From Escherichia coli (GTDB lineage Bacteria > Pseudomonadota > Gammaproteobacteria > Enterobacterales > Enterobacteriaceae), in the NCBI RefSeq assembly GCF_003018115.1, contig NZ_CP027457.1: a stretch of DNA of 64,000 nucleotides, one strand, 5' to 3'. The position numbers were made by a program, and so were the translations under genes. Under the pieces are notes generated by a model. It worked only from the letters and a program-made list of their open reading frames with translations. It did not search any database and was not told the origin of the DNA. Of this stretch, positions 38,116-46,148 are shown in pieces; positions within the stretch are counted from its first letter, which is position 1, and every line of letters starts with the position of its first letter.

Positions 38116-38123
38116 TCAAAACT
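38116..38123. repeat. 8-bp target site duplication TCAAAACT (right copy)
   Basis: Matches left copy at 35653-35660. Confidence 0.7.
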
Positions 38124-38593
38124 GATGTTATATTTAGCTGAACAAAAATCAGCCACTTTGTTCTTCCTCATCGTCTTTTATTTCGTGGTATGAGTAATTG
38201 CAGTAGTTAAAGAAAATTTCTTATGCTCCGTCATGAATTTCCTCAGGTGTTGCGTCATCGTCCACTTCGAATACATCCTCAAAATCTCCACCAGCTATTC
38301 CCGTTTCAATAATAATTTTGAACTTTCGCATTTCACTACCGCCCTTTCGGGCGGCCTCCTGATGTTCTGAGGGTGCAGAAATCCATCCGGTTAAGGATTA
38401 AATTTTATTTACAGAACTGAATTTAATTATTCAGATATACGTATCTGTAGCCTTACGAATCTACTCACTGGATGCCTCTTTCATAAAAATAATCCAGTGG
38501 GTTTTATCGTTTTTTCCCTGTTCGTTGACAGATAACAGGTTTTCTGTCTGTCAGTGCCAGAATCTGGCTTACCGGTATTTGCGTTTCATTCCA

Positions 38594-38950
38594 TTAAAAA
38601 ATCAGAACGCCGTGCGGCCTCAACACCCGAAAGGCTTCTTTAAATCTCTGTCGCGAATCATCACGCCAGGCATCTTTATTCAGCCGTCCATATTTCTTTC
38701 CCATCCAGGCGTTATCACCAACACTCTCAAGATGCGGAGGGTCTAATACAACCATCGAAAAAGATGCGTCTGCAAATGATAATGCACGAAAATCTGCGAT
38801 AATGTCAGGGCTGATAATCAAGCGTCTCCCATTGCGTAATGTGTATCCTTCTTTTCTGATATCGCTGAATATCGCCCGTTCGTCAGACTTATCGAACCAG
38901 AACATGCGGCTGCCACAGCACATATCAAGAATGGTTGCCGGTGCACTCAC
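38594..38950 (-). pseudogene. Truncated SAM-dependent methyltransferase-like ORF (motif I then DPPH)
   Basis: 118 aa is too short for a full Rossmann MTase; in-frame TAA followed by about 32 further sense codons. Confidence 0.4.
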
Positions 38951-39369
38951 TGCGCCACGTCCTGAAAATTACCCTGATAGAAAGCCAGTATGCGCTGCAT
39001 AACTTCGCTCTTCCGGCACTCGCGACAGATTATGTTTAGGCGACTGTCGTAGCGACGTATTTCTCCGTCAGGTGATGACCAGATAAGGTCCGGATCAACC
39101 ACAGCAGGTTTCTTCACCTTTGCCCTCGAGAGTTTTTTGCGGGCGTTTTGCCAGTCCTTACGCGCCTGTTCAGAGGGGAATAACCCGTAGCCGGAGTTGT
39201 ATACATCGCCACTGGCTACCAGCTCTCTGGCAAGAACGCTCATCAGATATCTAGTCGCACCTGTTTTAGCTTCCAGTTGCCGTAACGTCTCACGGCCGCT
39301 CTGGCGCACGAGTTCCACCACCTGCCATTTAATTTTTTCCCGCTCTTCTTGTGTAAAAACTTTTGCCAC
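38947..39369 (-). CDS. Hypothetical 140-aa prophage early-operon protein
   Basis: Translationally coupled (4-nt overlap) to downstream MTase-like ORF; no family recognised. Confidence 0.45.
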   Translation of the reverse strand: MAKVFTQEEREKIKWQVVELVRQSGRETLRQLEAKTGATRYLMSVLARELVASGDVYNSGYGLFPSEQARKDWQNARKKLSRAKVKKPAVVDPDLIWSSPDGEIRRYDSRLNIICRECRKSEVMQRILAFYQGNFQDVAQ

Positions 39370-39409
39370 AAGTCCCCCTTAAAATTACCTCATGACCTGA
39401 AATCAACAC

Positions 39410-40429
39410 TTATCCTCTGAAACCAGGCGGAATTTCTGTATCCGGTTCAGAAATATGATTAACACAACGCTGTACAGGTGAACGTCCCAGGCGGATGACC
39501 AGTTCGTCCCATTTTTCGCGGAGCTTTGACGGGCTCATGATGTTTTTTACCCAGAATGGATCTCGCTGAACCCGACCAAACATTTCGCAAATTTGTCTGT
39601 GGCTTCTGCCATCCAGCATCCGCATTGTGCGCACGTCATTGGCCCAGGCAGTCCAGTTAGGCTCTTTTGGTCGCATGATCTCGCCATCATCACTGGCTGC
39701 CTGTTCGTAGAGACCCACGATCCGCCCCCAGATCCACTGCGCACACGCCAAATCCTCCCTGCTACCCCACTGGCGTTTTTTCGCACTAAACACAACCGCG
39801 TCGGAGTTCCGGGTTAAAAAATCCTGTTCAGTCGTCTGCGGGTCCGGTTGCGAAGCTTCCGGACGAAAAGTGTTTTTATTCTCTGTAGTAATCTCTGTTG
39901 TATTCTCTGTAAGATCATCAGGCCATTTTGACCCGATGACATTGGGTCGTTTTGAACCAATGGAGCGTTTCATTTTGACCTCTTCCATCGTGTCATTTTG
40001 ACCTGATGGAGCGGCGCATTTTGAACCGATGGATTCGCTCAATTTGCCACCATCTAAAAGCTCGCTCCCATAGTTGATCGTGTAGAAATTGGTCATATCG
40101 CGCTTTGATTTATTGAGCTTTTCACAACGCAAAAGCCCCAGCGTTTTCAGACTTGCAAACGCGCGCTTTAACGTTGACTCTGACCAGAATGGGAACTGTT
40201 CCAGCCATTGTTCCGTTGTGTTATAAATCCAGCGAACACCATCACATTCCATGCCGGAGTTGGTATCTCTCAACCAGTAGTGCAGTTGTTGCAAAACAAT
40301 GGCTTCGTTTAAGCCAATTTTCATTGCCAGCTGCGTGTTTATAACCAGTGGACGTTCAGCAAAAAGAAGGCTCATAATTCCATCCAGCTTTTTGTTGGTA
40401 TTGCTGTCGATACGCAAGTTTGAAAGCAA
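39410..40429 (-). CDS. Replication initiator / replisome organiser (lambda O-like), start uncertain
   Basis: N-terminal HTH-like domain; gene contains five direct iteron repeats encoding (S/V)IGSK repeats; sits in early-right operon after the cro-like dicC. Confidence 0.65.
   Translation of the reverse strand: MLSNLRIDSNTNKKLDGIMSLLFAERPLVINTQLAMKIGLNEAIVLQQLHYWLRDTNSGMECDGVRWIYNTTEQWLEQFPFWSESTLKRAFASLKTLGLLRCEKLNKSKRDMTNFYTINYGSELLDGGKLSESIGSKCAAPSGQNDTMEEVKMKRSIGSKRPNVIGSKWPDDLTENTTEITTENKNTFRPEASQPDPQTTEQDFLTRNSDAVVFSAKKRQWGSREDLACAQWIWGRIVGLYEQAASDDGEIMRPKEPNWTAWANDVRTMRMLDGRSHRQICEMFGRVQRDPFWVKNIMSPSKLREKWDELVIRLGRSPVQRCVNHISEPDTEIPPGFRG
39920..40035. repeat. Candidate replication origin iterons: five direct repeats of about 19 bp (consensus CATTTTGAMCNGATGG) at about 23-bp spacing, AT-rich region adjacent
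   Basis: Repeats read directly in sequence inside the O-like gene, as for lambda ori. Confidence 0.6.
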
Positions 40430-40877
40430 TTGCTTTTTCTATAAGTTCGTCAGTTTCACGATCCACTACGGCAGGATCAGCAAAAAGCAGTCCGGACTCC
40501 ACCACATCGCCATATTCTTTGTTTAACCCGGCGATCATGCACGTGATGCTTTTTCCGTCAGTAATTTCACGATACAACCTGAAATCATTAATCCGGATAG
40601 CCTCCATAATTGCAGGCACTAGCGCCGTGAACTTTTCACGCTTATCCCTGGTGTCGATAGCCTTCCAGCGTTCAAATATCTTCACTCGATTAACGCCAAG
40701 CGCTCGCTGATCAATCGCGCCACCTTCATATGTGACACGCTGAACATCGATGTTCGGGCGCTCTTTCAAAGCCCAGAATGCTTCAGTGATTAATATCGTC
40801 GCCTGCTCCTGTGTCATTCCTGGTCGACATATCCAGGCATCCAGAGCCTCACGAGCCTGTTCAGGAGTGATTTTCAT
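40356..40877 (-). CDS. Hypothetical 173-aa protein directly downstream of dicC (possibly YdaT-like)
   Basis: Position equivalent to ydaT/cII in lambdoid early-right operons; family call from memory only. Confidence 0.45.
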   Translation of the reverse strand: MKITPEQAREALDAWICRPGMTQEQATILITEAFWALKERPNIDVQRVTYEGGAIDQRALGVNRVKIFERWKAIDTRDKREKFTALVPAIMEAIRINDFRLYREITDGKSITCMIAGLNKEYGDVVESGLLFADPAVVDRETDELIEKAIAFKLAYRQQYQQKAGWNYEPSFC

Positions 40878-41091
40878 TGTTCAACCGCCCCGCCCGCTTC
40901 GTCTTACGATATTCATCATAAACTTTGGGATCATACTGAAGCTCCCCGCCAGATGCCTCCTGTAGACGCATCGCGCGACCTTCGGGAACTAAATCCCCTT
41001 TCCAGCTATAAAGCGAAGCCAAACGAATACCTGCTGCTTGTGCAAGTTTTGTTTTTGAACCGAAATACAAAAGAGCGTCAGTTTTAAGCAT
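40861..41091 (-). CDS. dicC: Cro-like repressor DicC
   Basis: 76 aa MLKTDALLYFGSKTKLAQAAGIRLASLYSW. Confidence 0.9.
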   Translation of the reverse strand: MLKTDALLYFGSKTKLAQAAGIRLASLYSWKGDLVPEGRAMRLQEASGGELQYDPKVYDEYRKTKRAGRLNNENHS

Positions 41092-41106
41092 TTAAAACAC
41101 CTTTAT

Positions 41107-41126
41107 TGTTAGTCATAACTAACAAG
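41107..41126. promoter_or_regulatory. Candidate DicA/DicC operator (imperfect palindrome TGTTAGTCATAACTAACA) in the dicC-dicA divergent promoter region
   Basis: Near-palindrome; related motif recurs at 41653-41670 and at the dicA start. Confidence 0.45.
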
Positions 41127-41174
41127 ATAGATGTTAACAAAAACATAGTCAATACGATTTAGCATTAGCTAACT

Positions 41175-41582
41175 ATGGAAACAAAAAATTTAACTATCGG
41201 CGAACGCATCAGGTATCGTCGGAAAAACCTCAAACACACCCAAAGGTCTCTTGCTAAAGCCCTGAAAATCTCCCATGTGTCTGTATCACAATGGGAACGG
41301 GGTGATAGTGAACCTACAGGGAAGAACCTTTTTGCCCTCAGCAAAGTATTGCAATGCTCACCAACATGGATTCTATTTGGCGATGAAGACAAGCAACCAA
41401 CACCACCTGTTGAGAAGCCAGTTGCCTTATCCCCCAAAGAACTAGAGCTCCTTGAGCTGTTTAATGCACTGCCAGAATCAGAACAGGATACCCAGCTCGC
41501 CGAAATGCGAGCTCGAGTAAAAAACTTCAATAAACTCTTTGAAGAATTACTAAAAGCCCGTCAGCGGACAAATAAAAGATAA
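41175..41582 (+). CDS. dicA: Repressor DicA (HTH_XRE, cI-like)
   Basis: 135 aa METKNLTIGERIRYRRKNLKHTQRSLAKALKISHVSVSQWERGD. Confidence 0.95.
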   Translation: METKNLTIGERIRYRRKNLKHTQRSLAKALKISHVSVSQWERGDSEPTGKNLFALSKVLQCSPTWILFGDEDKQPTPPVEKPVALSPKELELLELFNALPESEQDTQLAEMRARVKNFNKLFEELLKARQRTNKR

Positions 41583-41652
41583 CATCATCAATGAGTTATC
41601 TTTTACCACATCAATTATGTTAGCTATAGCATACAAAATCACTTGACCGATA

Positions 41653-41670
41653 TGTTAGTCATGGCTAATC
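41653..41670. promoter_or_regulatory. Second operator-like palindrome (TGTTAGTCATGGCTAATC) upstream of the ydfA-dicB operon
   Basis: Same half-site motif as 41107-41126; lies between dicA stop and ydfA. Confidence 0.4.
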
Positions 41671-41748
41671 TTGTTTGCATCAACACACCGCACGGTGTTC
41701 TCAGCAAACAGTTCCGCTACCCCAGCGTTAAGGGGAAATGAGGTCAGC

Positions 41749-41904
41749 ATGGATACTATCGATCTTGGCAACAACGAATCTCTGGTGTACGGCGTGTTTC
41801 CAAACCAGGACGGCACGTTCACCGCAATGACGTATACCAAAAGCAAAACGTTTAAAACCGAAAATGGTGCCCGTCGCTGGCTGGAAAGAAACTCAGGTGA
41901 GTGA
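41749..41904 (+). CDS. ydfA: YdfA
   Basis: ORF track 41671-41904 trimmed to MDTIDLGNNESLVYGVF, 51 aa. Confidence 0.75.
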   Translation: MDTIDLGNNESLVYGVFPNQDGTFTAMTYTKSKTFKTENGARRWLERNSGE

Positions 41905-41905
41905 T

Positions 41906-42034
41906 ATGGATTTCGACACAATCATGGAAAAGGCTTACGAAGAATACTTCGAAGGCCTTGCCGAAGGCGAAGAAGCTCTCAGCTTCAGTGAGTTTAAACA
42001 GGCGCTTTCCAGTTCGGCAAAATCTAACGGCTGA
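41906..42034 (+). CDS. ydfB: YdfB
   Basis: Hand-translated 42 aa MDFDTIMEKAYEEYFEGLAEGEEALSFSEFKQALSSSAKSNG. Confidence 0.7.
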   Translation: MDFDTIMEKAYEEYFEGLAEGEEALSFSEFKQALSSSAKSNG

Positions 42035-42063
42035 TAAGCGAAACAGCACCGCGAGGAATCAGT

Positions 42064-42282
42064 ATGCAGAAACGAGAACCCGTCATCATCGCGCCAGACT
42101 ATACCGATGATGAACTTTATGAGTGGATGCGCCAGAAAATTAATGCAGCGCAGGATCTGAAATGGGCTAATGAAGCCAGGGCTAAGCAGGCTGAAAATCT
42201 GTCCGCTCTGGAGCAGGATATCACCAATCTGGAAAAAGCAGCGGCATTAAGCATTGCCAGAATGATTACATACCCGCGTTAG
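42064..42282 (+). CDS. ydfC: YdfC
   Basis: 72 aa MQKREPVIIAPDYTDDELYEWMRQKINAAQDLKWANEARAKQAENL. Confidence 0.85.
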   Translation: MQKREPVIIAPDYTDDELYEWMRQKINAAQDLKWANEARAKQAENLSALEQDITNLEKAAALSIARMITYPR

Positions 42283-42620
42283 TAGCTAATCAACAAAGCT
42301 AAGGTTAGTAATTAAGGAGTTCTCCACGGGTGAGGTGGAGTGCGTGCGCCGGACACGGGTGCGCATCCGGAACTGACAGTTTACTGAAAGGATATTTCCC
42401 TGAAAAGTCAGACCATAACGCGAAAGCGCACGGCGAGGTAGCTGGTTCATAGATAGCCTGTCGTTAAATTTTCGTCGACCGTGCGCTTCCGGTTGTGGCA
42501 ACCCGCGAAATGGCGCGGCGGTAAGTATGGCGGGGTTATTCCTTCCCCGTTGAGGACACCGGGTTGTCAGGTTGACCATACGCTTAAGTGACAACCCCGC
42601 TGCAACGCCCTCTGTTATCA

Positions 42621-42679
42621 ATTTTCTGGTGACGTTTGGCGGTATCAGTTTTACTCCGTGACTGCTCTGCCGCCCTTTT
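42621..42679 (+). ncRNA. dicF: DicF small regulatory RNA (antisense inhibitor of ftsZ translation)
   Basis: Sequence TTTCTGGTGACGTTTGGCGGTATCAGTTTTACTCCGTGACTGCTCTGCCGCCCTTTTT with 3' terminator hairpin, between ydfC and dicB. Confidence 0.75.
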
Positions 42680-42849
42680 TAAAGTGAATTTTGTGATGTG
42701 GTGAATGCGGCTGAGCGCACGCGGAACAGTTAAAACCAAAAACAGTGTTATGGGTGGATTCTCTGTATCCGGCGTTAATTGTTAACTAGTTAACGTCACC
42801 TGGAGGCACCAGGCACTGCATCACAAAATTCATTGTTGAGGACGCGATA

Positions 42850-43038
42850 ATGAAAACGTTATTACCAAACGTTAATACGTCTGAAGGTTGTTTTGAAATT
42901 GGTGTCACTATCAGTAACCCAGTATTTACTGAAGATGCCATTAACAAGAGAAAACAAGAACGGGAGCTATTAAATAAAATATGCATTGTTTCAATGCTGG
43001 CTCGTTTACGTCTGATGCCAAAAGGATGTGCACAATGA
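42850..43038 (+). CDS. dicB: Cell division inhibitor DicB
   Basis: 62 aa MKTLLPNVNTSEGCFEIGVTISNPVFTEDAINKRKQERELLNK. Confidence 0.9.
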   Translation: MKTLLPNVNTSEGCFEIGVTISNPVFTEDAINKRKQERELLNKICIVSMLARLRLMPKGCAQ

Positions 43039-43226
43039 ATTCAGCATTTGTGCTTGTTCTGACAGTTTTTCTTGTTTCCGGAGAGCCAGTTGATATTGCA
43101 GTCAGTGTTCACAGGACAATGCAGGAGTGTATGACTGCAGCAACCGAACAGAAAATTCCCGGTAACTGTTACCCGGTCGATAAAGTTATTCACCAGGATA
43201 ATATCGAAATCCCGGCAGGTCTTTAA
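43035..43226 (+). CDS. ydfD: YdfD (small membrane-anchored lysis-type protein)
   Basis: ORF track 42981-43226 trimmed to MNSAFVLVLTVFLVSG, 63 aa; ATGA overlap with dicB stop. Confidence 0.75.
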   Translation: MNSAFVLVLTVFLVSGEPVDIAVSVHRTMQECMTAATEQKIPGNCYPVDKVIHQDNIEIPAGL

Positions 43227-43318
43227 AACAGTTCCGTAATAAATATCCGGTTTCATTCTTATATGCCAGCAATGGCAGGGATTTGTTCATCCTTAAATCT
43301 GTCATGAGGTTAAAACAA

Positions 43319-45790
43319 ATGAGTAAAGTCTTTATTTGCGCCGCTATTCCTGACGAACTGGCAACAAGGGAAGAAGGCGCTGTGGCTGTAGCCACAGCCA
43401 TTGAAGCTGGCGACGAACGCCGTGCTCGAGCAAAATTTCACTGGCAATTCCTGGAACATTATCCGGCTGCTCAGGACTGCGCTTATAAATTTATTGTCTG
43501 CGAGGATAAACCTGGCATACCCCGCCCTGCCCTCGATTCATGGGATGCTGAATATATGCAGGAAAACCGCTGGGATGAGGAGTCTGCTTCTTTTGTCCCG
43601 GTTGAGACTGAATCCGATCCGATGAACGTCACTTTTGACAAGCTGGCCCCTGAAGTACAGAACGCTGTCATGGTTAAGTTCGACACATGTGAAAACATCA
43701 CCGTTGATATGGTTATTAGCGCACAGGAATTGTTGCAGGAAGACATGGCAACATTCGACGGACATATCGTTGAAGCGTTGATGAAAATGCCAGAAGTTAA
43801 CGCCATGTATCCGGAGCTTAAGTTGCACGCCATTGGGTGGGTTAAGCATAAATGTATTCCTGGTGCTAAATGGCCCGAAATTCAGGCAGAGATGCGCATC
43901 TGGAAAAAACGTCGCGAAGGTGAACGCAAGGAAACCGGAAAATACACGTCTGTTGTTGATCTCGCCCGCGCCAGAGCCAATCAACAGTACACTGAAAATT
44001 CAACAGGAAAAATCAGCCCGGTCATTGCTGCCATTCATCGCGAATACAAGCAGACATGGAAAACACTGGATGACGAACTGGCCTACGCTCTCTGGCCTAG
44101 TGATGTGGATGCCGGAAACATTGACGGCAGCATCCATCGCTGGGCAAAAAAAGAAGTTATCGACAACGACCGCGAAGACTGGAAGCGTATCTCGGCATCA
44201 ATGCGCAAACAGCCTGATGCCCTTCGCTACGACCGCCAAACTATTTTTGGCCTTGTCCGTGAGCGTCCGATCGACATTCACAAAGATCCCGTAGCACTGA
44301 ACAAATATATCTGCGAATACCTGACGACAAAGGGCGTGTTTGAGAATGAAGAAACAGACCTGGGCACTGTTGATGTTCTCCAGTCATCAGAAACACAAAC
44401 TGATGCAGTGGAAACTGAGGTATCTGATATCCCAAAAAATGAAACCGCGCCGGAAGCTGAACCATCTGTAGAGCGTGAGGGGCCGTTCTATTTCCTCTTC
44501 GCAGATAAGGACGGAGAAAAATACGGTCGCGCAAACAAACTCTCTGGTCTGGATAAGGCACTGGCTGCTGGCGCCACTGAAATCACAAAAGAAGAATATT
44601 TTGCCCGAAAAAATGGCACATACACGGGCTTACCGCAAAATGTAGATACCGCTGAAGATTCAGAACAACCAGAGCCGATAAAAGTTACCGCTGACGAAGT
44701 AAACAAAATTATGCAGGCAGCCAATATCAGCCAGCCTGACGCCGATAAGTTGCTTGCTGCATCACGTGGTGAATTTGTTGAAGGGATTAGTGACCCGAAT
44801 GATCCGAAATGGGTTAAGGGGCTCCAGACCCGCGATTCTGTGAACCAGAACCAGCATGAATCGGAACGGAACTACCAAAAAGCGGAACAAAACAGTCCAA
44901 ATGCGTTACAAAACGAGCCAGAAACGAAACAGCCTGAACCAGTAGCGCAACAGGAAGTGGAAAAAGTCTGCACCGCCTGCGGTCAGACCGGCGGCGGCAA
45001 CTGCCCTGATTGTGGCGCGGTGATGGGCGACGCAACATACCAAGAAACATTCGATGAAGAGTATCAGGTTGAAGTTCAGGAAGATGATCCGGAGGAAATG
45101 GAAGGCGCTGAACATCCACACAAGGAGAACACTGGCGGCAATCAGCATCACAATAGCGATAATGAAACTGGCGAGACGGCAGATCACCCAATTAAGGTGA
45201 ACGGTCATCACGAAATCACATCCACCAGCAGGACGTGTGACCATCTAATGATCGACCTTGAAACCATGGGAAAAAATCCTGATGCCCCGATCATCTCAAT
45301 AGGTGCAATATTTTTCGATCCGCAAACCGGAGATATGGGACCGGAATTTAGTAAGACTATCGATCTGGAAACTGCTGGCGGAGTCATTGATCGGGACACC
45401 ATTAAATGGTGGCTTAAGCAATCACGCGAAGCGCAATCTGCCATTATGACCGATGAAATCCCGTTAGATGATGCACTGTTACAATTGCGAGAATTTATCG
45501 ACGAAAACTCCGGTGAATTTTTTGTTCAGGTTTGGGGAAATGGAGCCAACTTCGACAACACGATTTTGCGCCGTTCATACGAACGGCAGGGGATCCCCTG
45601 CCCGTGGCGTTACTACAACGATCGCGATGTACGCACAATCGTTGAGCTGGGGAAAGCCATAGACTTCGATGCCAGAACGGCTATTCCATTCGAAGGTGAG
45701 CGCCATAATGCACTTGATGACGCCCGTTACCAGGCAAAATACGTTTCAGTTATCTGGCAAAAACTGATCCCGAGTCAGGCTGATTCTTAA
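43319..45790 (+). CDS. ydfE: Full-length YdfE-type protein: large N-terminal region, acidic linker, Cys4 zinc ribbon, C-terminal DEDDh 3'-5' exonuclease domain
   Basis: ORF track 43283-45790; start chosen at MSKVFICAAIPDEL after GAGG; Exo I DLE, Exo II GNGANFD, Exo III HNALDDARY motifs in the last ~190 aa. Confidence 0.7.
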   Translation: MSKVFICAAIPDELATREEGAVAVATAIEAGDERRARAKFHWQFLEHYPAAQDCAYKFIVCEDKPGIPRPALDSWDAEYMQENRWDEESASFVPVETESDPMNVTFDKLAPEVQNAVMVKFDTCENITVDMVISAQELLQEDMATFDGHIVEALMKMPEVNAMYPELKLHAIGWVKHKCIPGAKWPEIQAEMRIWKKRREGERKETGKYTSVVDLARARANQQYTENSTGKISPVIAAIHREYKQTWKTLDDELAYALWPSDVDAGNIDGSIHRWAKKEVIDNDREDWKRISASMRKQPDALRYDRQTIFGLVRERPIDIHKDPVALNKYICEYLTTKGVFENEETDLGTVDVLQSSETQTDAVETEVSDIPKNETAPEAEPSVEREGPFYFLFADKDGEKYGRANKLSGLDKALAAGATEITKEEYFARKNGTYTGLPQNVDTAEDSEQPEPIKVTADEVNKIMQAANISQPDADKLLAASRGEFVEGISDPNDPKWVKGLQTRDSVNQNQHESERNYQKAEQNSPNALQNEPETKQPEPVAQQEVEKVCTACGQTGGGNCPDCGAVMGDATYQETFDEEYQVEVQEDDPEEMEGAEHPHKENTGGNQHHNSDNETGETADHPIKVNGHHEITSTSRTCDHLMIDLETMGKNPDAPIISIGAIFFDPQTGDMGPEFSKTIDLETAGGVIDRDTIKWWLKQSREAQSAIMTDEIPLDDALLQLREFIDENSGEFFVQVWGNGANFDNTILRRSYERQGIPCPWRYYNDRDVRTIVELGKAIDFDARTAIPFEGERHNALDDARYQAKYVSVIWQKLIPSQADS

Positions 45791-45862
45791 TGTTCAACTG
45801 TCGCCGGTTGTGACTGGTATTCTGCAACCGGCGCTCGTCTGATGTAAGAGATAAAGAAATCG

Positions 45863-46114
45863 ATGAGCGAAGTAATCATGATTGTCTCTCCCGGCAAATG
45901 GGTATCCGAAGAGCAGTTAATTGCGCTGAAAGGAATAAAAAAAGGTACGTTAAAAAAGGCCCGGGAAAAATCGTTTATGGAAGGAAGGGAATATAAGCAT
46001 GTCGCTCATGACGGTATGCCATGGGATAACAGTCCATGCTTTTACAACCTGGAAGAAATTGATCGCTGGATTGAGCGCCAGGCATCAGCGAGACCAAGAC
46101 GTCATCTTACTTGA
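45863..46114 (+). CDS. Excisionase-like protein
   Basis: 83 aa small basic protein immediately upstream of integrase. Confidence 0.55.
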   Translation: MSEVIMIVSPGKWVSEEQLIALKGIKKGTLKKAREKSFMEGREYKHVAHDGMPWDNSPCFYNLEEIDRWIERQASARPRRHLT

Positions 46115-46148
46115 CTAAAAGCCACACTAACTAATGAGAGAAGTTGAA

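Noticed and set aside
38594-40877. Possible restriction-modification or defence cassette downstream of dicC
   Set aside because: The methyltransferase-like ORF is short and apparently truncated, with no nuclease or specificity partner; the neighbours look like a replication module, so I treat it as an early-operon remnant.
42286-42621. 111-aa minus-strand ORF between ydfC and dicF
   Set aside because: Antisense to the dicB operon leader that is processed to DicF; Arg-rich with no start signals.
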